A stretch of DNA of 64,000 nt. Origin: a virus (Duplodnaviria; Caudoviricetes). The stretch is taken from the IMG/VR virus record IMGVR_UViG_3300011434_000008, positions 5,770-69,769 of that record; one strand, given 5' to 3'. Numbering within the stretch: position 1 is the stretch's first letter; the number at the start of each line of letters is the position of its first letter. Of this stretch, positions 18,014 through 27,500 are shown piece by piece. The notes under the pieces are model-generated. The model was not told the origin of the DNA. It was given only the letters and a program-made list of their open reading frames with translations, and did not search any database. Both the position numbers and the translations under genes were made by a program.

Positions 18014-18334
18014 ATGATCCGCGTTGTCCACTGCAAGAAGGAACCCTACGACATCTACATCGGTCGCCCGTCAAAGTGGGGGAATCCGTTCTCTCACCTG
18101 TCGGGCTCCGATAACCTAGCACTGTTTCGCGTGTCTACCAGAGAAGAGGCCGTCAAGAGCTATGAGCACTGGATACTCAGCCAACCCTTGCTAGTAGCCG
18201 ATCTCCACGAACTGGTGGACAAGACTCTCGGTTGTTGGTGTGCTCCCAAAGCTTGCCACGGAGACATTCTCAAGCGATTGGCGGAGTCCTTGAAATACGC
18301 GCCAACACTGTTGTTCAAAAATAACGAACAGTGA
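18014..18334 (+). CDS. DUF4326-family protein
   Basis: VVHCKKEPYDIYIGRPSKWGNPF and LGCWCAPKACHGD.L. Confidence 0.85.
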   Translation: MIRVVHCKKEPYDIYIGRPSKWGNPFSHLSGSDNLALFRVSTREEAVKSYEHWILSQPLLVADLHELVDKTLGCWCAPKACHGDILKRLAESLKYAPTLLFKNNEQ

Positions 18335-18346
18335 GGAATTCTGAAC

Positions 18347-18589
18347 ATGGCCCTCTCGAAAAAACCCCTCAACCCTACCTACGAACAGCGAGTGAAGCGC
18401 CAAATGAAGCGCTATACCACGCTCCGAGCCAAAGGCTTCTCTCTGGCGCTAGAACTTACCACACTCAAGTCCTACAAACAGGGCCTGCTACTACAGATCG
18501 GGGACATCAACGTTTCCATTGATGCCCTCGACCGCATGATCCGTCGCGCTAGAACGGCGGCTGCTCAGGGAAAAGCTTCCGCAGCTTGA
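18347..18589 (+). CDS. small helical protein, last gene of the + arm
   Basis: 80-aa ORF; its 3' end overlaps the convergent giant gene. Confidence 0.6.
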   Translation: MALSKKPLNPTYEQRVKRQMKRYTTLRAKGFSLALELTTLKSYKQGLLLQIGDINVSIDALDRMIRRARTAAAQGKASAA

Positions 18590-21500
18590 GGTATGTTGCA
18601 TCCGTCTGCCTCTCCGCCGCCGAATACTCCGTAAACGCCTTCTTAAAGTACGATGTCTTCTTCTTCAGCATGAGCGGCGTCAGTGCTGCTTTCTCCGCGT
18701 TGTTCGCCTCTTCCCACACCAACAGAAAATCCGACATCGGCAAACGAGAGGACCGCAGGAACAGCTTCGCTATGCTGACCTCCAGGCCCTTCGTCTTGTT
18801 GATATTCCCCATGATGGTCTTGGCTTCCCTCGGACTGATAAGGTCCTGGTCAACCATGTCCCACAATTCCTGGGGTTGAATCGATCCCGAACGCAGACGA
18901 TCCTCGATTTCCAACTTGACCGTATGCTCTTTGAGTTTGTCTCGATCAACGGGACCGCTTTCGATACGATCCGCTGACAGCTCCATCGCCTTCTGCTGCG
19001 CTGCGGTCTTAGCTTGTAGGATCTGAGCACCGGCTGTCTGTAGACCAAGTTCTCCCCAGCTTCTGGTCGGTGCAAAGCCGCTCAGCTTTTGGGTGACGTT
19101 CTGCAGTGGCATCGGGATCACGGTGTTCGCAAGAAGATCCCACACCAAGTCTCTAGCAGGCAATCTACGCCCTTGGCTGTCCCGTCCCGTGTAGACGGTG
19201 GTGACGGTTCTCTCCAATGGAGAGGCCCGGTAACGCATGAACTTCAAGGGATCAGTGACCGAGTGAAGCATGTCGGTCGGAAGAGTACGCAGAGAAATGA
19301 GCTTGTCCCTACCTTCCTCGTCCTTATAGGCTACCCCGAAAGGGGCCTCGTAGTGCGGGTTGCCGGTGTTAAGCTGGTTCAGGACCCGTGCGGCAAGCCA
19401 CATCGCAATCGTTACTTTCGCGAGATCTTGCCGCACTACCTTGCCGTCCCCACCCATCGCCCGACTGATCGACCGCAATTCCGACTCCATCCAATCTGGT
19501 GCCAACGCTACTAATCTGAAGACATCTTGAGTGAGCAGAGATCTCCCCTCTCGTCTCAGGTTCAATCCGCCGAACCGGTTGTTGGTATCTGTAGCAGCCA
19601 ACTGTGCAACTTTGCTGTCACTGTACTCCGGATAGGTTTTCTTATATCGATTGTACAGGTGTTCCGCCGCCCGAGCCTTCAAGCTGGGGATGTACTTGTC
19701 GAACAGGAAACCCTCAAACCAATGAGAGATCTTCCCGGCAACTGGGATCATTCCCAACAACTTGCTGTGCTGATATCCAGACAGCATGCCTTCTTGGAAG
19801 GTGTCGCGAGGGCCGTAGTTCTTCATAGACAGCCCATGCTCCACGAGTTTTCCAAGAGTCGGATTAGTCCTAAGATCCCACCGCTCTACGCCGAAGGGAC
19901 TGACGCCGGTCATCAACGCTCGAAGACTTTCCTGAACCAAGTGGAAGGTATCGAACGACAGCAGGGTAGCTTTGGCTTCGGAGCCCGCCGTAAAGACAGG
20001 CTTGAACGCCTTGGCAAGAGGAGATGTAGTTTCAAGCTGACGCTTCACGTACTGGTATGCCTCGGGATGTACCTTCAGGTCCCCGCGTACCAGCACCGGG
20101 TTGCCGTTGGTATCCTGGGAGGCGAACTGCCAGCCCTCGAAGGAGGGGTGCTCGACTGAACGGTAGTCGTGCGTTGCCCAGGCGTAGTGCTCCGAACCTT
20201 TGGAGTTGGAACCCGAGGGTTTAACCTCACCATACTTCACGATCCGACCTTCCTTCACGAGCTTGTCAAGATCGCCGGTCCGACGCAGGCCGTCAACCAC
20301 CTTTTCCGCAATGCGGATAGATCGAACCTTATCAGCCTGTACGATAACCGCCTCGTTCTCACCGTCCGGTCCCTGAACGAGCTTGCCGGTGCCGGATAGC
20401 GCCACCATAGGCCGACCGTCAGAGGCCCTCGTTCCCTTGTCCTGGAGGCGCTCCAGGGTCTTCCGGGCTGCCAGTACGCGGTCAAAGGTGTTGCCGTTAC
20501 GTGCCGCCAAAGCGATGGGATCTGTGATGGCGAGCTTCCGCCCTAACAGCTGGCCCTCGATAGCGTGGTTGAACGTTCGGTGCCGAGCCATTGAGGTATT
20601 GACTGCAAAGGTTCCTGCACGAGCGTCCGCGAGCAGACGGTTCGCCGCTGGATTATCGGCGTCCTTCTCCCACAGATGGGTGACGTAGTTTTCCAGACCT
20701 TCCTCCAGGGCTCCCCCTGCGGAGGCGCGCTCGAAGTTTCCGTTGAAGTGCTTCTTGACATCACCGGCTAAAGCACGATGCTGATCTGTCAGGCTCTTCG
20801 GGTTGTAGGAGCGCAGCAAAGCATCGATTTCTTGGTCGTTGTAGTTTGCTTTGATGTGCTGCTGAGCCGCGAGTTCATGAAGGCGAGCTTCGCTTGTGTC
20901 GCGTGGCGCTTCTCCAAGCTCGCGCTGAATCTGAGGCGCGGGGCCGTCCACGTTGACGGAGTTCCGACGTGCGAGAGCGAGGCGTTCGTCCAGGGGGAAC
21001 GACTCGAAGGAAATAGTTTTGCCGGTGCCGCCGAGATTGAGAGCCTCACCCTTTGCGAAGTCCCAGGCAGCCTCTTGATCCAGACGCTTGCCAAATTCCT
21101 TTGCGGCCTCAGCGGTCTTCAACACGGTAGAGATGTTCAACTCTTTACCGTAGCCGCCAACAAACAGTTCTGGGTGCGCTTCTAGCAGAACTTTGTTTTG
21201 TTCTGCGAATGCTTCGATGTCTTTGATTGTGATATCGCGCTTGAATGTCTTGCGGCGCTCTGGAATAGCCTCGACAGCGAAGCCCTCGGACCTCGGAACA
21301 AACCCGGTGGCTGGATTCACCGTGAATCCTTCGGTGATCTTTACGTTCTGCAAAGCTCCCGCGAGCTTCGAATGCGGGGCCTCCAGCGGCACCTGCTTGG
21401 TGACGTAAACCAAACCTGCGCTGACTAGCTGGTCGAGCTGGGCTTGAGTGGGTTGTACGCCTTCATCTCCTGGGCGAACCCCTCCTCGTCGTGGTTCTTG

Positions 21501-24500
21501 AGACACTTCAGCAACACCAGGGCGTGCTTGACTTCCGCCCGGCGTTCCTTCGGCAAGCTGTTCAGGAACTGCTCTTCCTTCTGCGGCGCGTTCTGGATAG
21601 ATGTAGGCATCGAATTTCCCCCTCACATCGGGATGGATATTTCCAAGAATCTTTTCATACGCATGCTGCTCTTCGAGAGCATTCAGAGCTTCCCAAGTCA
21701 ACTTGACAAGGTGCTCTTCCTTAATCCCTTTCCCACGGAGTTGACCAGCCAACAACCTGGGCAACATCTCATTGACGATCTGAGCTTCACTTGAATAACT
21801 CCGCCCTTCGATACCGGCGATTCCCGAGATCTCGGTCAAAGCTTCATCGTAACCCGGCAGCTGAGACATAGCCTCGTGCGCGGCTTTCACCTCGACTTCC
21901 GACAGAGCGCCGTGAACATGCTCATGCAACAGTGTAGCAAAAGGATCGGGACCCGTCAACATCAAGAAGGTAAGGGGCTCGCCTTTCACGGGTTGTAGCG
22001 CAGCCGCCAGATCCTTGATATACTGGTTCGGGTGCCGTTCCATGAAGTTCACCATGCTCTCCGCAGCCTCTGCTCGCGCAGACGCCCCGTTGAGATTGGT
22101 GAGGGCACCTTTCAGCACTTTGTTCAGGGCCTCGAAGCCCCGGCCTGCCAGAACAAGGGTGTTCTCCCCGCGCTCGTTCTTGTAAAGTCCCACGACCTGC
22201 TGTCCAGTGTCTGGATCTTTGATTTGACCCACTTCGTTTCCAAGCCGATTGAGCTTGTCTGCCATGAACGGAGACAGGTTTTCCAGAGCCGTAGTATCGA
22301 TTCCAGCGAACTGCGCCAAAGGATGACCCTCGGCATCAATAGCGAAACCCCGAGGCTCGACGGAGCCCCACCCGCGAGGAATGGAGGCCGACTCACGCTG
22401 CATGTTCAGCCAATCTCTAAACTCCTGGGGATCTTCGAAATGATGTTGCTTCAGGCTACCCTTTTGGAAGGTGTCCAACTTGACCGGCTTGTCCCCTGGA
22501 GACAGGCGCTCGATGTGATCCACATCTTTAGCCCAAGTGGGGTTCAGCTTAGATGCTTCGATGAGCAGCCCGTCCTTCTCATTGCGGACGCGGACGTAGC
22601 CCTCCTCAAGCGCCCGGTCGAAGTCGGCCCGGCGTTGATCGACTCCCGCCTTCGGATCAGAGAAGTTTCGCTCGATCCATTGGCGGTGTGTTTCGTCAGT
22701 CGCAAGCTTGTGCAAGGCCCCCTTCGGGTCCATCATGTAGTTGCTGCCGGGTTCCAAAGGCTGCGCAGGCGCGTACTCTTTGCTGATGTTCTGACCGGCA
22801 CCCAAGATTTCCGACTTCATTTCTGGGGTGACGCCCACGGCGTGAACCTGGGCGGTCTGGATTTTGTCAGGCTTCAGCGCAGCGGGAATCTCCGTCTTAC
22901 CGACGCGGGCTCCCCACTTCTTTCCGTAGCCTCGATAGAACTCTCCGATCATCCCGAGTTCGCCGGTCTTCTGGCTGCCGTAGAAGCCCAGCATTCCTTT
23001 GCCGCCGATCTCGATGTCTTTACCTGATAGCTCGCGGAAATCAGGGTCCCACTTGGCGGGCTCGGCCTTCAGCAGCTTCTGAGAAAGATCCTTTCCAACG
23101 TAGTCTGGAAGCTTCTCCGGAGTCGTCCCTGCTTCGTGGAAGGACCATTTTCCATCCAGGGTGCGGGCCTGAAGAATGTTTTTCTTCGAATTATAGGCAA
23201 TCGTATCCACGACCTTCCGCAGATCCCAGCGGGTGTTCTGGTGCTCTCCCGAAGTCCAGGCAACTTGGTCGTATCCGTTTTCTGCGGCGTAGTGCAACGC
23301 CCGCTTCAGAAGGACGTGGAACCAATTCGCGGCGTAAGGAACCTTCGGGGCTTTGGCTGCTTCGTCCTCAAGCAAGCGCAGATATCCACGAGCCGCCCCC
23401 ACCTCATTTTTAGCGGCCTCTATCGCTGCGTAGTCTTGCCCACCCTTCGAGCTGCTCCAGCGTTGCCTCTCAAGCTCGACGGTTGGTAGGGGGTCGCGCC
23501 GCCCGACAGCCTCTCGAAACTCCGTCCAGAGTTTTCTCAAGGCCGCTTCAGGATCGGTGATCCCAGGTGTCTTCTCTTCCAAAAGAGCTTTCAGCTTATC
23601 CTCAGCTTTCTTTATAGCGGCGGGAGCCTCTTTGATAGCCTTCTCTCGAACTTCCGGAGAAGACTTCTTGAGCTGCTTGACTGCGTCGCCCTCTTGGACT
23701 TCCTGGAGAAACATCGTGCGCTTGCCATCGGGGGTAACGCGCTCATCGAAGCGCAGCCATCCCAGAACGTTGCCTTCCTTCGGATAATGTGTGCCCTTGT
23801 ACTCGGTCTCCAATTTGGCGGGCACACTTCGAACTACAAGCTCGCGGTACGAGTTCGGAACCGCACCGGCCTCGAAGGGCCGCAGATGAGTTTCGTATTG
23901 CGTCGGTGGTGCCTCTAACTTGGCTTTGATGGCCGCGTAGCGCTGGGTTTCCTCCGGCGTAAACTTCGGTGCGAAGTGACCTCGTTTGCGCTCCATCTTC
24001 TGGAACTGCGCCAGCCACATTTGGTCTTCCGGCGTCAGGACTTGCGCACCAGCACCCAGGAGTTTCTCAGAAACCGTTGCGGCGGTCTCTGAAATAAACT
24101 GCCTGATCTCGGATTTCGAAACGGTGCGCTTCGCGCCCGCTAGGAACTCAGGCAGACCCGATTCCTCCAGCTCCAGCTTGGTGACGCCGCGATTCGTGAG
24201 CCACTTCTCGACGCTCTTCGAACCGATGCGATCAGGCAACGTGACAACGGCTCTCTTCAGCGGCGAGAAGAAGCCCGACACACGAATTTCTGCGCGCAGA
24301 TCTGGATTCGCGGGATCGAACGTCCCTACATTTCCAGTTGCCGACTTCACTTGGGTTGGCTTGAAAGCAATGGCGTGGAAGGTTTCGGGACCCATCCCCT
24401 CCATACTGTGAAATTTCTCCGCCACCGTGTGATCGATGATTCCGTCGTACCCCATGTACTCGATGGCTCGGCGCACCAATTCTTTGCCGACGCCTTTGTT

Positions 24501-27500
24501 GCGCGAACTGGTTGCGGACCAGAGTTCCGCCGTCTTCTCCACAGCCTCGATTACATTGCTGGCGGGCCGACCTTCGAGGTCGTAGATATCTAACTTTCGC
24601 AGGGCGTCCACGTCGAAATCGTAGGTCTTGATCTGTGTCGAAGCTCGTCTGACGCCTGAAATAAGTTTGCGGACTTCGGCAAGGTCCCAGCGTGGTTCAG
24701 ATGCACCACCGATGTTCAAAGGATTTTTCAACGCGAGGTACGTCGGCAGCACCGCGCCGCCGTGCGGCATCATTTCTCGCTTGGCTTGCTCCAAGGCGGC
24801 AGCTTTGAGTACGCGATACGAGTCTGTCCCGTAGGAAACCGATTCATCCGGGTCCTCTCGGAGGGCTCTTTGAGATAAGATCTGATCGGCGCGGTCCTCC
24901 ATCTTGTTTTTCAAATCTGGGCCTAGCCCGGCGTAGTTGATGTTGACATCCTCGGGAGTATTGGTAAAGTAGTGACCTTGCCCCCAGTCACCCTCTACAT
25001 TTCCCTTGCGCTTAGAGAACTCGGTGAAATCCCGAACAGTCCCGTGGTACATCACGACAGGCTTACCCTCGGAATCGACGAGCTTCGACCCTGAAAACCA
25101 CCGCTTGAATTCTGGGGTTTCGGTTTTGGGCCGCGCAGCGGTTATCTCAGCGTCAATATCATCCGGCCCCCACAGGTCTTTGTAGGCCGCCTCGTAGGCT
25201 TGAGCATCAGCCCGCTCCGCTGCATCCCACAGCTTCTCAAACTGAGCGAGAGTCCTTGGTGTTCCATGCTTCTCGGACAAGGTGAACTCGTGGTATGGAG
25301 AATGGAAGCTCCCCGACTGCATGATATCCACACTAATCTTGTCGGTTCCGAGACCCTTCTGGACCCTTTTGAAATTGGCGATGGCGTCTTCTTTACCGTG
25401 GATTCCGTGATCGGTTCGACCAAGGGCGTGATAGTCCCCGATCTTCTTTCTCAGGTCGGCGTACTCTAAGATCTCGCTCCAAGAATATTTTTTCTGTGCT
25501 TCCTTCCCCAGACGAGCCTCCGCCCCGATCTCGCCTTCGAGCTGAGTTTTACTGAGTAGTTCTCTCCAACGCTTCGACTCCTCTACATTGAGGCCCCGAA
25601 CCGCGCCTTCCGGTGTCTCCGCTACCTCGCGCTCGAAGTCAAATCGCTCTCCGGGGAAATACTCGGAATACTCTCGGAAGCCCTCAAGCTTTTGTTGGGC
25701 CTCTCCAATTCGTTCTGCAGCCCGTCTAAGAACCTCAGAAGTAGCCGCTTCGTTTGCGCCTTCGACGGGTGCTGGTTTTGGGATAGCTTGGAGTCTTTTA
25801 TCGAGTTCATTGACGTTCACCCCCATTGCATGCAGTTTTGCCCTGACCTCCGGATCTTGGTGCATGAGGTCCGCGAAGTCTTTGGAGTATTTAGAATAGT
25901 CGTCCGGAACCATGAAGTCAAGAACTTCAGCGGGACGGTACTTCTCATGCTCGCCGGACCCCTTCCAACCGCTGGACTCGGACAAGGTTTTTGTGAAGCT
26001 CCAGATCGCCGCCTGTGCTTGCTTCGGACTCCAGCCCAGCTCCCGCGCCGCCAGCCGAGTCTGAACAGCCATCGCGTGATAGAACGAGGCTGTTGGCACC
26101 TTGCGCTCGTCAAATCCGAAGAACACACCCATCCAGGAGTCGAAGGTGCCGGACGGATCTTTGAAAATGTCCTGCAGGTTCCGAGCAAAATTCCCGACCT
26201 TGTAGTACATGTCCTTGTCGGCGGGTAGCATTGTCTCCCGGTTGATGGCCTTCACCGCGTTCGGTAGTTTGGCCCCCTGATTGACGAAAGGCGTGATCTT
26301 CTTTTTCTTCTGGAGCCGGATGATTTCTTCCGCCGTTGTTGGCGACCCGTTGTCCTTCCATTCCTTCCAGAAGGTCAGAGCTTCGCGCAGGTTCATGACT
26401 ACGGACTGCTGAGGCGAGGTCGCAGCCAGAATACCAGCCCACACATCCACATCCTCTGGCTTGAAGTATCCCGGAGCCAGCTCCCGCATAGCGTCGAAAG
26501 CCTTGATGGATCGGTCATACCAGTCACGTCCTTTACTACCGGCCTTAGCGGCAGCCACCAGCTCTTTGACTTCCGGAGCCTGTTGCAGGACGTTGAGAAA
26601 CACCTCGGCGCGCTTACCAACGGAGAGTTGCTTTATCTCCGTGGGCGTCAGTTCACTCAACGGACGCAGCGGCTGCAGAACATCGGGGACCTGATCGAGC
26701 TTCTGCTGTAGCATGCCGTAGAGATCACCGGCAAACTTTTTGACGACGTTCGGATCTGTGTGCCAGGACTTCTCCAGAATGTTTTCGTTGAAGTCGCCGT
26801 CCGCCGCCGTGGTCATCTTCTTCCCAAGCTCGACATCCTTATAGAGCGCGAGGTTGTAGACGTTGGCGTGACTGATGATGTCCCGGTTCTGCACCAAGAA
26901 GTCCATCGTGTGCTTATACGTCGCGGCGGTCTCACCTGGATAGCCGACGATGATGTTGGGGATCAGCGCAATTCCATTTCGACGCAGCTTGTCCGTACCT
27001 TGGTTGATGAGACGTTCGTTCGCAGGCTTGCGCATTTCCTTCAAGATGGGATCGTTGAAACTCTCGATGCCCAGCTCGACGTACTTTATGCCTGATGTCT
27101 TCAGCCACTCCTCGGGAATCTTGTTCAACTGCGCAGCGGTAGTCTGCACAGCGAACCCGTGAAACGCAGGATTTTCTTTCTTGATTTTCTCGTAGATGGC
27201 CGCGAGATCCTGATAGTTCTTGGCTTGACCAAAGGTCTTGTCGTTGACGTAGACCAGCTTGGCTCCTAGCTTCGCGATCTCGCCGACCTGCTGATTGACG
27301 ACTTCCTCGGGAGTCAGCTTCAGCTCGGTGTTCGCAATGACGCAGAAAGCACACTTATGCAGGCAACCCTGAGACAAGGTCAGACGAGGAATCGTGTCGG
27401 AGCCCTGGAAATGACGGTAATCGACGCCGGGCTTGAACTCCGCACCCATTGCCGACGCCATCGTCTCAAGACTGTCGTGCCAGTTCACATTCGGCTGATC

